Assembly: GCA_022447185.1 (NCBI GenBank)
Contig: JAKVAY010000064.1
Location: forward strand, 1 to 44,667
Origin: Fuerstiella sp.
Lineage (GTDB): Bacteria > Planctomycetota > Planctomycetia > Planctomycetales > Planctomycetaceae
Direction: 5' to 3'
DNA: 44,667 nucleotides
Shown here: positions 1 to 10,150 of the stretch, piece by piece
Numbering within the stretch: position 1 is the first letter of the stretch
How the letters are laid out: each line of letters opens with the position of its first letter
The notes under the pieces: generated by a model
Seen by the model: the letters and a program-made list of their open reading frames with translations, nothing else
The model's database searches: none
Told to the model about the DNA's origin: nothing
Position numbers and translations under genes: made by a program

Positions 1-994
1 GCGTAAGTAACACAAGCATCGGATGGCGAACGCTCCGAAATCCGAAGGACAACAATCCACCGACCGCTATCATCGACAGTAATGCCGCCAGCACCATGTC
101 GTGTCCTGCTCGCGAGAGTTCATCGTGCTCCAGAGCCGGAATGCCGGTGACAGACACTTTAAGTCGCGCATCGGTGTCACGATACGCCGTTTCGACCTCG
201 GCACAAATCTCACGCAGCCGGCTGATACTGGCAGCGCCAGGGTCAAGATCCTTTTCACGGGGAACCACTACCGCATGCAGCCAGCCCATGTTGCGTTCGT
301 CAGTCATCAGGTATGCAAGACCCTCATCCTCAGCGCCGTGATCGACGCCCACCGTTACCAGTTCGCACCACGGAGACGGAAACGTGGCCGACGTATAGCG
401 AACGTCCTGCATTGTTCCTTCCAGGAAATCATCAAGACTGGATGCGAATCGATTAGCATTCCTCAGGATTGCAACTTCCGATTTGCCATGTTCACGAGTC
501 CTTCCCAGTTCGGCACGGATCCGCCGACTGAAGGTTGCCAGACGCAGTGTGTCCCAAGCGCCGTTGCCCCCGTTTTTCGTGAAGCGGTCAACCCGTCGTG
601 CAGCATCCTGAAGCTCGCGTTTTGTAAGGAACTGCAGACCTTTGCTGCGAATTTCACGTTGATCAATGCGATACAAAATATCTCGAAAATATTTGGGTTC
701 ACGCCGGAGTCGATTCGCGATTTGATCCAGTGCTGCTCTGATCTGCGACTTGCTGGGTTTCGCCGTTTCAACGACAACAATAAGATCACCGTGACTGGAA
801 AAGTCTTCAGTGTATTCCGACCATGACCGGGAGAATTCAGCAGCCGGGTCAATCAGAGAATCGCGACCGGTTCTCAGTTTCAGTTCCGAAACTGTAAAAC
901 CAGCGGCAGCACAGCCCAGTATCAACACAGGCCATATGACCATCCGAGGCCGTCGCGCCACGAATCCGACAATTCGCCCGATGAGTCGAGACAT
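1..994 (-). CDS. MMPL/RND-superfamily membrane transporter, N-terminal part; the gene continues beyond the left edge of the window
   Basis: The minus-strand frame is open from the ATG at 994 to the window edge and is not in the ORF track because it is truncated. The translation begins MSRLIGRIVGFVARRPRMVIWPVLILGCAAAGF (N-terminal TM helix), has a large soluble loop, and ends ...ELSRAGHDMVLAALLSMIAVGGLLSFGFRSVRHPMLVLL (TM bundle). This architecture is typical of MMPL/HpnN-like RND exporters. The plus-strand ORF 101..826 overlapping it looks spurious. Confidence 0.6.
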   Translation of the reverse strand, partial: MSRLIGRIVGFVARRPRMVIWPVLILGCAAAGFTVSELKLRTGRDSLIDPAAEFSRSWSEYTEDFSSHGDLIVVVETAKPSKSQIRAALDQIANRLRREPKYFRDILYRIDQREIRSKGLQFLTKRELQDAARRVDRFTKNGGNGAWDTLRLATFSRRIRAELGRTREHGKSEVAILRNANRFASSLDDFLEGTMQDVRYTSATFPSPWCELVTVGVDHGAEDEGLAYLMTDERNMGWLHAVVVPREKDLDPGAASISRLREICAEVETAYRDTDARLKVSVTGIPALEHDELSRAGHDMVLAALLSMIAVGGLLSFGFRSVRHPMLVLLT

Positions 995-1431
995 CAGGCC
1001 TGCTGAGTTTTGGGATTTGTCTGCCACGACCGGTCCGTCAATCGCAAATAGCACGGGAACACTGTCACAACCCTAACGCCGCAGCTGTGCACAATGCGTC
1101 TCTGAAGGAATATTCGTCAAAGCCCGTATAGCCGCAACAGTAGAATCTGAAGTGGCAGATCGAGTCACCGTGTTTGCGCACCCTGTGACACAGTCGTCAG
1201 GATCTGAAAGACCGGACACCGGTACGGAGACGGGCAGGACTTGCCGATATGAACTACCCTTGAACCGCCCCCTCCTGGGTCCGGCTGATTTTGCCGAACC
1301 GAACCATGTCGTGACGATCGGCTCCTCACCACAAAACAACGAGCAGAAAGTGTCCACTGCGCGTTTCCGGACTGACGCAGAAATCGGGACTCACCTCCAG
1401 CTACTCAGTCGAATTTTTATTCGTGAATCGG

Positions 1432-3387
1432 CTACAGCTTTGGCCGAGTGGCCTTGCGTCGCTCGTTACGTTCCTGCTGTTGGCGCCGACGTTCCATCTC
1501 TTCAGGGGCAAACTGGGGACCATTGGCGATATTTCGGGGACGATTCTGAGCCACGCGCACAAACGCTTCACTCCATTCCCAGCCAAGAGGCTCTTCCAGT
1601 TCGACCTTTGCCAGCCAGGCCCATGGTGTCGACGGGTGTTCATCGATGACGCGACTGAGGTACTCAATTGCTGATTTATGCATTCCCCGAACCATTGCGC
1701 CGGCATCACTGGCTTCCGTCGGCGTAAGCACCCATTGATTCGACTCCTCCCGTCGAAACGTTCGCGGCGTGGACTTCATTTGCGCGAGCATGGAATTGTA
1801 GCCAAACGCCCGGACACGCATCGCCAGAACTCGGCCCATCGCAAGATCGTAACTCGCTCGCCAGCGATCTGTATCGAGCTTGTCCCGATCAATTTCACCT
1901 CGTTCCAGAATCTGATGCAGTCCTTTCAGATAATAGTCAAGCGTCGCCAATGGTTTCTGTGCTTCGGTGATCTGTTGTCTCAGTACAGTATCGGTTGTGG
2001 CCAAAAAGTGTCGCTGCGGTTGAGATACCGAATCTTCCGGCACAGCATTTCGAGCGGCCTCAACAAGAGCTGACTTTGCTCTGTTGAAAGACAATTGCTT
2101 TTCATACTCTCGCTGTGGACGGTAGTCCGGTGCGTACTGCCGCATGACTGAAGGATCAAACCGAGGTCCCTCCGTCTGATCTGCAATGAAATAAATACCC
2201 CCGGTTTCCGCACACAGACGAGAGAGTGCATAGGGGCCGAATCCGGAAGACATTCGACCGAGGTTCAGTCGTTCGCCTGTCCAGAATGGCAACTGCAATG
2301 CTTCGACCATGGCTGTCTCTGGCCCCTGGTCGACCGGCAGGTCTTCCTCAAAACGGTCGCCGTTCGATTCCCATGCGTATCGAACGAATCCCTTTTCACG
2401 ACCAAAAACGGCAGAATTTCCGATACAATAAACACGTGTACCGGTTCGGGTGCACTTATGAATGATTTGTTCGAGGTCACCAAAGTCGTCTCCACGTTCG
2501 TCGGTGACCAGAATAAACATCAGATTGGCACGCTGTTCCTTTTTGTGTTTCACAAACGTTCGCAGCGCTCGATCCACGGCGGTAAACACCAATTCCTGAC
2601 CACTCTCATCACTCCTGATGCCACGGATAATTTCGGTCAGCTCGCTTCCCGCACTGCTCGGGGTTCCCTGAAGCATGTGAACGTCTGCACCAAACCCGAC
2701 AATTCCAGTCGTCAGATTTTCATCGACGTTGACATTCAACTGGCTGAGCTGTTCGTAAATCGCATTAAACCGACGGGCGACAGTCGCTCGACGGTTCTTA
2801 AGAGACAGTGACTCGTCAAACAGCCAGACTGCTATCGTTTTACGCTCACGCAATGAAGCCGCAATTTCCCAGGTGATACGATCAATCGAACCTTCGGTAC
2901 CACCGGGATGCTCCGTGGTTCCCATCAGATCGACGGCTTCCAGCACTTCCGCTTCGCTGGGAACGGGGAGAGTTGCCACCATTGGCAGCGTGGGACTGAT
3001 ATCCTGTTCGATGTGATGTATTTTTTCGGGGTGGGATTCCAATCCTAAATTTTGAGCAATCGCCAACGAAGCTCCATCCATTTTCATTGGACTGTTCGTT
3101 CCCACGATCTGGGTAATTTCCGTGTCAATCACATACTCGGGAGCAATCGATTCCTCAACGGGGACTTCTGACATCAACTCCAGACGTGACTCGGCCACAA
3201 TGACAATACTCACACTGGCAAGGCCCAGTGCCAGAAGCCCGTGAACCAACAGACTGAATCCCCATGCCGGGATATCTTCGAGCCAGCCGACATCTGTACC
3301 CGCAGTCTGCTTTATGGAATCCGAATCAGCATGTGCTGCGCTCACAGCATTACCTTCCATCGGAGATCTCATACACCAATTCCACAA
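1432..3387 (-). CDS. Membrane-anchored von Willebrand factor type A (VWA) domain protein
   Basis: 651-aa ORF with an N-terminal TM helix (FSLLVHGLLALGLASVSIVIV). It has a VWA/MIDAS-like core (IAVWLFDESLSL...LMFILVTDERGDD...RVYCIGNS) and a C-terminal helical region. The start may lie downstream of the longest-ORF ATG. Confidence 0.65.
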   Translation of the reverse strand: MWNWCMRSPMEGNAVSAAHADSDSIKQTAGTDVGWLEDIPAWGFSLLVHGLLALGLASVSIVIVAESRLELMSEVPVEESIAPEYVIDTEITQIVGTNSPMKMDGASLAIAQNLGLESHPEKIHHIEQDISPTLPMVATLPVPSEAEVLEAVDLMGTTEHPGGTEGSIDRITWEIAASLRERKTIAVWLFDESLSLKNRRATVARRFNAIYEQLSQLNVNVDENLTTGIVGFGADVHMLQGTPSSAGSELTEIIRGIRSDESGQELVFTAVDRALRTFVKHKKEQRANLMFILVTDERGDDFGDLEQIIHKCTRTGTRVYCIGNSAVFGREKGFVRYAWESNGDRFEEDLPVDQGPETAMVEALQLPFWTGERLNLGRMSSGFGPYALSRLCAETGGIYFIADQTEGPRFDPSVMRQYAPDYRPQREYEKQLSFNRAKSALVEAARNAVPEDSVSQPQRHFLATTDTVLRQQITEAQKPLATLDYYLKGLHQILERGEIDRDKLDTDRWRASYDLAMGRVLAMRVRAFGYNSMLAQMKSTPRTFRREESNQWVLTPTEASDAGAMVRGMHKSAIEYLSRVIDEHPSTPWAWLAKVELEEPLGWEWSEAFVRVAQNRPRNIANGPQFAPEEMERRRQQQERNERRKATRPKL

Positions 3388-3612
3388 AGTGGGGAGTCAC
3401 AACCGAAGCAAGCTGCCCCTTCCCGGTGCACCGAGCCTCCGTCAGTCACTCAGAAATGCGTGGACAACAAACAAATTTTGAATATTTACGGCTCGGATAA
3501 CCCTTCAATTTATCATAGGCGCGGTTCAAGCATCGGACAATCATCTCCCGACCAAACTACTCCCAATCATGTTGGTAAAACTCGTATCGTGCGAATTGTA
3601 TTGCCAATTTCA

Positions 3613-3700
3613 GTCGATTGGCCGGTTGCGTATCCCAGGATCACCGATTCAGTAACGCGCGAGTCGACAGGGATATTCGTGAAAAACCGGCCAATTCGAC
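3613..3700. repeat. Long-range imperfect inverted repeat (GTCGATTGGCCGGTT ... AACCGGCCAATTCGAC) enclosing an approximately 57-nt spacer
   Basis: The arms are 15 nt and 16 nt and differ by one inserted T. It lies in the 415-bp intergenic region between the PDZ gene stop (3803) and the VWA gene start (3387), both on the minus strand. Confidence 0.3.
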
Positions 3701-3802
3701 GTTAATCACTCATTAAGAATATCTGCCCGTATCCTGACTCCGGGGTCTCAGGTGCAGCCAAAGCTGTACCGCTCGTTTGATTCCATTGACACATCAGCAC
3801 AA

Positions 3803-4975
3803 TCAGCGCACCGTGGCCGGCGATACGATGTCGGATTCTGCATCGTCAGCCGCACTTTTCACGGCATGGACATAGTCCTGCCAGCTTCGCAGCTTTACCG
3901 GAATCGAAAGTGTGATATTCGTCCGACCAGCGTTGCCTATGACAATGCGATTTACATTGATTTCCACTAAGTGGCCAACGGCGAAGCTGCGCAGTTCACC
4001 AACAAGATCGTCAAACCCCGCAATCTCCTGGTCAGCCACAGCGGTGATCACGTCCCCATTCATCAAGCCCGCCGCGTCAGCCGATCCAAACGGCACCACC
4101 GATCGAATGTGACATCCCGCACCAGCAGCAACCCCACTTCCGGTGATTCCCAGCATAACCTGACCGCGTTCCTGCACGCGCTGACCAAAGACACCCTTGA
4201 TCCACATTTCTGAATCGTGATCGAGTGAGTTTCCATCAATCAGAAAGATCACAACCGGTGCCTGAGAATTCCGATTGAGGCCACCAAAGCGTCGTCGTCC
4301 GACTCCAGGCACCGCACCAAACCCCTGGGCATTCTGCATTTCAACCCCTGGCAGACGTCGGAGTAATCTGACGGTCGATACATCGCCATGCCACTTGTCG
4401 GTAAAAAACACCTGAACGCTCTCCGGCGCCGAAACCTGATTATTGAAAAACCCACCCGGTAAAGCATTCAGTGGCCGTTTTCCCTGCTTGATACGACGCC
4501 GTGCATGGACAGCCTGTGCTGCAGATGCCACTTCCGGAAGCAAAACGGAAACACCGTGCCGCCGCAATTCTTCGATTGTCAGATTTCCACGGATCTCCCA
4601 GTGGCTGGACAACACCCACGCCGCTTCTTCCCGAACAAGATGCCGCTCAGAACCAAGTAACGATTCAAGTCCTTCCCAGGCCGTCCAGGAAACCGTCGTG
4701 TCTTTGCTTAGAAAATGATGTTCCAGAGCGTGGACACAACGAATGGCTGTTTCCGCTGCCGGCTGCGCGACAGCATGACCTGCCAGTAACGCAACCTGAT
4801 CTTTCGTGATTTCTCTGAGTCGTACCTGGGCTGATTCACGTACCGCGAAATCCGACGAATTCAACTGAGCCAGAACCACATTCAGATCCATTTTCTGATC
4901 ATCTGCGCCACGTATTCCCCCGGAAACAGGAATGCTGCACACACCACACATCAGCAACAGATTGACGAACTTCAT
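3803..4975 (-). CDS. Secreted PDZ-domain protein
   Basis: The ORF is open up to 5137, but the ATG at 4975 gives a classic signal peptide (MKFVNLLLMCGVCSIPVSGG). The C-terminus has a PDZ fold signature (GQVMLGITGSG...GLMNGDVITAVADQEI...VGHLVEINVNRIVIGNAG). Confidence 0.6.
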   Translation of the reverse strand: MKFVNLLLMCGVCSIPVSGGIRGADDQKMDLNVVLAQLNSSDFAVRESAQVRLREITKDQVALLAGHAVAQPAAETAIRCVHALEHHFLSKDTTVSWTAWEGLESLLGSERHLVREEAAWVLSSHWEIRGNLTIEELRRHGVSVLLPEVASAAQAVHARRRIKQGKRPLNALPGGFFNNQVSAPESVQVFFTDKWHGDVSTVRLLRRLPGVEMQNAQGFGAVPGVGRRRFGGLNRNSQAPVVIFLIDGNSLDHDSEMWIKGVFGQRVQERGQVMLGITGSGVAAGAGCHIRSVVPFGSADAAGLMNGDVITAVADQEIAGFDDLVGELRSFAVGHLVEINVNRIVIGNAGRTNITLSIPVKLRSWQDYVHAVKSAADDAESDIVSPATVR

Positions 4976-5282
4976 GTGTTGTCCAGAGACCGAACAATTA
5001 CTACACGAGAAAACAAGCAGGATACTGACTGCCGGTGACATTGTTTCACCAGAGACTCTCATGTGCAATATCACGTTACCCAGGGAACCACAGAAGGAGC
5101 AGTCTAACGTCTGTCCGTCTTTCTCAGGCAAAAACAAGCTGTCAGGATCTGAAGACGCAGACCGTCTGGATCAGCGATTTTTAAAACGAACAATACCCTC
5201 AGAACATCGTTTTGTTCTGAGTGTTGAATCGTTACTACCCCAGCGTTAGAAAAGTGCCAATAAGACACAATAAACAGGGACA

Positions 5283-6008
5283 ATGTCTGCAACTCGTTTC
5301 AAGCGACCACTCGTGCGCACTTTCACCGATCCGCCGGTCGCTCTCCAGGCTGGGCACACGACGCGAGTATGTGACGACATAAAATTCCAACGACTTCGGA
5401 ATTGCCGAATGCCACCGACAGATATCCGGAAACTCAAAAGCCAAATTCGCCGGACCGCTCGGTCTCGACGAGACGATCAGCAACACAAGGATGAATTGAG
5501 TGACCGCATCGTTGGGGCTTTCATGTCACTGCCCGAATACGCCACTGCATCGACTGTGATGTTTTACATCGATGCCCGCAGTGAAGTACGTACGCACCAG
5601 AGTCTGCCCGACGCACTGGAAAGCGACAAAACGATCATTGTGCCCTGGTGCAACGATCGAGGTGAACTGGAACTGTTCCACCTGGAAGGCATGGATGAAC
5701 TGGAAATCGGCAAGTATCGAATTCCGGAGCCTCGTAACGATCTCCGAGCCCTTTCGGAAAAACAGGTCTGTGTGAAAGAACTGGACGTGATTATGGTACC
5801 AGGAACAGGATTCGACACCCGCGGCGCACGTATCGGCTCTGGCAAGGGATACTACGACAAACTACTGAAACAGGTGCGGACGGACACACAACTCATCGCC
5901 CTGGCGTTTGAATGTCAAATGTTCGATGAAATCCCGATCGCTGACCATGACGTCCTGATGGACAAAGTGATCACAGAAGACCGGATCTACCTGACGCACG
6001 GTCGCTGA
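5283..6008 (+). CDS. 5-formyltetrahydrofolate cyclo-ligase (MTHFS family)
   Basis: Family motifs are present: IRKLKSQIRRTARS, STVMFYIDARSEV, IIVPWC, LDVIMVPGTGFDTRGARIGSGKGYYDKLL. The biologically likely start is the ATG at 5409 (MPPTDIRKLK..., 199 aa). The ATG at 5283 only gives the longest ORF. Confidence 0.8.
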   Translation: MSATRFKRPLVRTFTDPPVALQAGHTTRVCDDIKFQRLRNCRMPPTDIRKLKSQIRRTARSRRDDQQHKDELSDRIVGAFMSLPEYATASTVMFYIDARSEVRTHQSLPDALESDKTIIVPWCNDRGELELFHLEGMDELEIGKYRIPEPRNDLRALSEKQVCVKELDVIMVPGTGFDTRGARIGSGKGYYDKLLKQVRTDTQLIALAFECQMFDEIPIADHDVLMDKVITEDRIYLTHGR

Positions 6009-6184
6009 CCGCGTGTCCTGCGACATCGTCTGTCGACGCAAAGAACACAACTTTATGCCGGGACATCGACCGAGCAGGGTAAAATAACATACCGAAGAAC
6101 CGGGAGCATAATCACCTGGTCCATACGACTGACTCAGGAAACGCAGATCGACGCGTGCCGCTCGCCAGGTGATTTCTTATTTAA

Positions 6185-6206
6185 TGCATGTCTTACGACA
6201 TGCATA
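6185..6206. terminator. Perfect 9-bp palindrome (ATGCATGTC-TTAC-GACATGCAT) between convergent genes; putative bidirectional terminator hairpin
   Basis: It lies 20 nt past the stop of the minus-strand thioredoxin-like gene and about 180 nt past the stop of the plus-strand cyclo-ligase gene. The flanks are A/T-rich (TTTCTTATTTAAT upstream on plus) but there is no clean U-tract. Confidence 0.35.
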
Positions 6207-6226
6207 CACAGATCGACGCCTTCGAT

Positions 6227-6787
6227 TTAATCATGATGGAGTTGTCGAAGCCGCGCTGACATGCGCAACATCAGCTGAATCCTTTCAAACTCATTCAGCC
6301 ACTCCTGTGTTACCTGCAGCAATAACGACGTTTCCACCGTTGCGATTCCGGACGGGCAGGCCGTCCCCAGTTGGGTGGCTGCCATGTCTCGATATTTGGC
6401 CAGTGTCCGGTCGCCGTATCGCCCGCAAACATGGTGATCTTCACTCAGAAACAGCACCGACGGCACGCGCTGTGCGCCACAGGTTGAAAGAATCTCGCCG
6501 AGGTCGGCATGTTCATCGCGATCAAAATAGCGAACATCAATCGTATCGGCAGCCATTGCGAAATGGTCAAAGATCGGACATTGATTGACACAGTCTCCGC
6601 ACCACGCTCCGGCCAGCACCATTACCTTCATGTCACGGACGAAGCCGGACAACAGGTTCCGCTGTTCATCAGTGAGACTTACCTGTTCATGAATCGCACG
6701 CCATCGGTTTTTTTGTTCGTCCGTAGCAAAGGCGCCGAGGAATGAATCATACGTAAGTCCCGATTCAAATTTTGCAGCAAGCATCAT
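6227..6787 (-). CDS. Thioredoxin-fold family protein
   Basis: 186 aa with a WCGDC redox-type motif in a thioredoxin-like context (VMVLAGAWCGDCVNQCPIF). No signal peptide. Confidence 0.6.
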   Translation of the reverse strand: MMLAAKFESGLTYDSFLGAFATDEQKNRWRAIHEQVSLTDEQRNLLSGFVRDMKVMVLAGAWCGDCVNQCPIFDHFAMAADTIDVRYFDRDEHADLGEILSTCGAQRVPSVLFLSEDHHVCGRYGDRTLAKYRDMAATQLGTACPSGIATVETSLLLQVTQEWLNEFERIQLMLRMSARLRQLHHD

Positions 6788-7148
6788 GAAACATCTCTAA
6801 ATAATCATGTACGTCAGCAGGCATTCACTGGTCCTGCCAGGTGATTCACAAGTGACGAAGGGAAAGAGACCTGAGTGCTGTCCGATCACACCGTAGAAAC
6901 AGTCGGGAAATCCGCCGATTCCGTACGTATCCCTGTTCCGCGACGCACCGTGTTGTTCCGGACCATAGCGACAGATTACACATTCACGTATGGCAAAACC
7001 TGCATTCACAGCAGTGACCGAGTCTCCGCTGGCTCGCATCATGGCTAACCGTACTCAGATGTGACTGGTTACAAACAACGAACAATAACGCCGACTGAAG
7101 GATCTTCAAATTATGACAGACAGATAGCCGACGGGCCCTCAAAGATAA

Positions 7149-8948
7149 TCAAAACGGCCAAACCCATGGCGCAATCAGTAAAGTGACAATCCCTACCAGA
7201 ATTGTGAGCGGCACGCCGAGTCGAAGATAGTCACTTGAACGATAACCACCAGGACCGTAGACCATCATGTTAGTCTGATAACCGAATGGAGTCGCAAAAC
7301 ATGCCGCACAGCCCATGATGACCGCAATGGCAAACGGAGCAAACAGTACACCAAGCGATTCCGAAGCCGCCTGAGCAATATTGAGTGTAATGACAGCAGC
7401 CGCTTTTGCAGTAATCATATTCGACAGCAGCGACGCTATGATGAACACGGCTGTGAGCATCGCATGTGGATTCTGCCCCACGATGTGAGTGAGCTGCTGA
7501 ATGATGAAGTCATCAGCCCCGCTAACGTCCATCGCCTTCCCGATACCGATGCCTGCTGCCATCACCGTGATAACATTCCAGTCGACGGATCGGCGAGCTT
7601 CACTGGCGCGAGTACATCGAAAGAGAATCATCAGCAGCGCCACCAGCAAAGCCGACAGCAGGGTTGCAGTGCTGCCTGGCAGCCATCGTGTCAGAACAGA
7701 CGCCGCCAGGACAAAACTAAACATCAAAAACCGAGCTGTCCATGCGTGCTCATGGCGAACCGGACTGGAGTTCTGAACTTCACTGACCAGAAAGAAATGT
7801 CGTGAATTACGTTGTTGCTTTGCGAATCCGTCAGTGGCCTCCAGCAGGATTGTGTCGCCGGGCTCCAGACGAATGTCACCAATCTTTTCTGTCAGCCGGA
7901 CCCCGTCACGACTGACAGCGATAATAGCCGCGTTGTAGTGAGACCGAAATTCCGAATCGCGTACAGTCATCCGTAAAAATGGATAGCTGGTCGAGACCAC
8001 GGCCTCCACAAGACGTCGCAACGAACGCGGACCGTCGAGTTGAAACAACGGATCGATCGCTGGTTCGAGGCCAGGAATTCTCTGAAGGTCAACAACAGAC
8101 GACACAACACCGACGAAGACCAGTTGGTCCCTTGCCTGCAGCATCGTCTCCGAGCCGACTGCAGGAATCACCGTCCCTCTCCGGTTGATTTCCATCAGAT
8201 ACATACCGGAAAGATGGCGCAGTCCGGCAGCCTCAATTGACTTGCCCACCAGAGGACTTCCCGCCTGCACAATCATTTCAACTGTGTATTCACGCGGGTC
8301 ATCCATCGCTGTAAATGCCGGCCTGCGTTCCGGCAACAGCCAACGGGTTGCAGCAGCAATAAATCCAAGACCAACAATTAACGACGGAAGCCCGACGATG
8401 GACAACTCGAACATCGACAACTGCATTTCTTCCCGCAGCTGATTATTAATTACGATAGTGGTACTGGTACCAATCAATGTACAGGTGCCGCCCAGAATCG
8501 CAGCATAGCTCAGCGGCAGAAACAAATGACTGACAGATATGCGATATTTTCTGGACCAGTCGTTGATGATGGGCATCATTAACGCCACAACGGGCGTATT
8601 GTTCAGAAATGCACTCAGGACAGCCGCAGGAACCATCGCTCTCATCTGAGCAGACAGCTGGCTTTTCGGCACACCCAGCAACTGAAGTCCAAGCCATTCA
8701 AAAGCACCGGTTCGATATAATCCATCAGCAAGCACAAACAGTACGGCAACTGTCAGCACTCCCGGGTTTGCAAACCCCTTCAATCCGTCTTCGATACTCA
8801 GACCGTTGGCTCGATCAAATACGCCATAGATCAGCAGGATTGTCAGGGCGCCAAGCAGAGTGATATCTGCCGGCAGTCGATAGAACATAATGCCAACAAT
8901 TGAAGCGGCAATGACCAACAGCGTGACAGTAACAGCCAGCCATTCCAT
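7149..8948 (-). CDS. DASS/SLC13-family anion permease with two central TrkA-C (RCK_C) domains
   Basis: 599 aa with about 10 TM helices in two halves. The halves flank a soluble duplicated region (TVEMIVQAGSPLVGKSIEAAGLRHLSGMYLMEINRRG... and ...TVRDSEFRSHYNAAIIAVSRDGVRL), which is typical of TrkA-C inserts in bacterial SLC13 permeases. Confidence 0.8.
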   Translation of the reverse strand: MEWLAVTVTLLVIAASIVGIMFYRLPADITLLGALTILLIYGVFDRANGLSIEDGLKGFANPGVLTVAVLFVLADGLYRTGAFEWLGLQLLGVPKSQLSAQMRAMVPAAVLSAFLNNTPVVALMMPIINDWSRKYRISVSHLFLPLSYAAILGGTCTLIGTSTTIVINNQLREEMQLSMFELSIVGLPSLIVGLGFIAAATRWLLPERRPAFTAMDDPREYTVEMIVQAGSPLVGKSIEAAGLRHLSGMYLMEINRRGTVIPAVGSETMLQARDQLVFVGVVSSVVDLQRIPGLEPAIDPLFQLDGPRSLRRLVEAVVSTSYPFLRMTVRDSEFRSHYNAAIIAVSRDGVRLTEKIGDIRLEPGDTILLEATDGFAKQQRNSRHFFLVSEVQNSSPVRHEHAWTARFLMFSFVLAASVLTRWLPGSTATLLSALLVALLMILFRCTRASEARRSVDWNVITVMAAGIGIGKAMDVSGADDFIIQQLTHIVGQNPHAMLTAVFIIASLLSNMITAKAAAVITLNIAQAASESLGVLFAPFAIAVIMGCAACFATPFGYQTNMMVYGPGGYRSSDYLRLGVPLTILVGIVTLLIAPWVWPF

Positions 8949-9063
8949 GCGATCTGATTCCGGGTCTTCAACGCTGGCAGCAGAGTGCCAGCCTGTGTGA
9001 TTTGCTGATTAAAAAACGTCAATGTGGCGACTCATTGCAGCCATATTGTTCAGTTTTCACATA

Positions 9064-10059
9064 TCAGGCAGGTGCGCACGCGCCAACCGCGCCGACGACC
9101 GCCTGATGAAACTGTCCATTTGTCACGACCATTCCCTCGTTGGCAGACAGTGTACGTCCATGATTGAATCGTGGCAGCACTCCATGAATGTCTGTCACAC
9201 ATCCACCTGCTTCTTCGACCAGAATCACACCACCGGCATGATCCCAGATCTTCTCCTGATAACCCTTCCGAGTTGGCAACCTAAGGTAGATGTCAGCATC
9301 TCCCCGAGCGACCGCGAAGTACTTGCACTGGCTGTCAATCCGGAACGGCTCTCGAGTGATTCCCAAAGCGGAAGCGATTTTTCCTGACCAGTCGTGCGAA
9401 CTGTGCCCGGATTCGACAGATTCACAGAATCGGCTTGCGGTTACCTGTTGTGTTCCTGTTACGTTTAGTTTCACAGGCATCGATTCGGCGGCATCCAAAG
9501 GAACCATCCAGCTGCCCCTCCCCGCAACACCCCACGCAAGGACACCTCGCGCACCTTCGGGTTCATTGGAATCGACCGGAAGGTTGGGACATCCAAGAAC
9601 TCCAATCGCAATTTCGCCGTCGATGATGAGTGCCAGTGAGATGGCATATTGGTCATTTCGCAGGAAACCTTTGGTGCCATCGATCGGATCAAGCGTCCAG
9701 AATCGAGAGCAATAGTTCTGCTGACTACCGCGATCAATCCAGTCACAGACTTCCCCGACAGAACACTTTCCACAGACGGTGACGCATTCACGATGGACAA
9801 GCTCCAGGAACGACACCCCCTCTGGTTTGCGCAGTTCATCGGCTCCTTCTTCGCCGATGACAGCATCGTTCGGGTACGCCAGCTGTAACTGCCGGCAAAT
9901 CAGAGCCTGGCCCGCGAAGTCGGCAACTGTGACCGGACTCCTGTCTTTTTTCTCCAGTGCATCCGGATCCATAGACGCCTGAACCGATCGACAGACGCCT
10001 GCCGCCTGACGAACAGCAGTCAGAGCCGTGTTCAATTCCGGGAATTCGGAGGGTTTCAT
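9064..10059 (-). CDS. 3'(2'),5'-bisphosphate nucleotidase / inositol-monophosphatase superfamily (HAL2/CysQ-like)
   Basis: Metal-binding motifs of the IMPase/HAL2 family are present: WTLDPIDGTKGF, AISLALIIDGEIAIGVLGCP, and WDHAGGVILVEEAGG. 331 aa. Confidence 0.8.
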   Translation of the reverse strand: MKPSEFPELNTALTAVRQAAGVCRSVQASMDPDALEKKDRSPVTVADFAGQALICRQLQLAYPNDAVIGEEGADELRKPEGVSFLELVHRECVTVCGKCSVGEVCDWIDRGSQQNYCSRFWTLDPIDGTKGFLRNDQYAISLALIIDGEIAIGVLGCPNLPVDSNEPEGARGVLAWGVAGRGSWMVPLDAAESMPVKLNVTGTQQVTASRFCESVESGHSSHDWSGKIASALGITREPFRIDSQCKYFAVARGDADIYLRLPTRKGYQEKIWDHAGGVILVEEAGGCVTDIHGVLPRFNHGRTLSANEGMVVTNGQFHQAVVGAVGACAPA

Positions 10060-10150
10060 AAAATGCGACTGTCGAAATAGTTCTGCTGAACGGACCGGTG
10101 AGCAGTGATTGTCGTCGCGTCGTTCCGAAAAACAAGCTCCACTGGTGCCG

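Noticed and set aside
101-826. 241-aa plus-strand ORF at the left edge
   Set aside because: It is fully antisense to a much more convincing minus-strand MMPL/RND transporter frame that runs to the window edge. Its translation has no domain-like features.
3241-3705. 154-aa plus-strand ORF spanning the PDZ-VWA intergenic region
   Set aside because: It overlaps the 5' end of the VWA gene on the opposite strand and is compositionally odd. The region is better explained as intergenic with an inverted repeat.
6797-7042. 81-aa minus-strand ORF between the thioredoxin-like and SLC13 genes
   Set aside because: It has no recognisable motif or signal and is a short ORF in a promoter region. I cannot support it as a gene.
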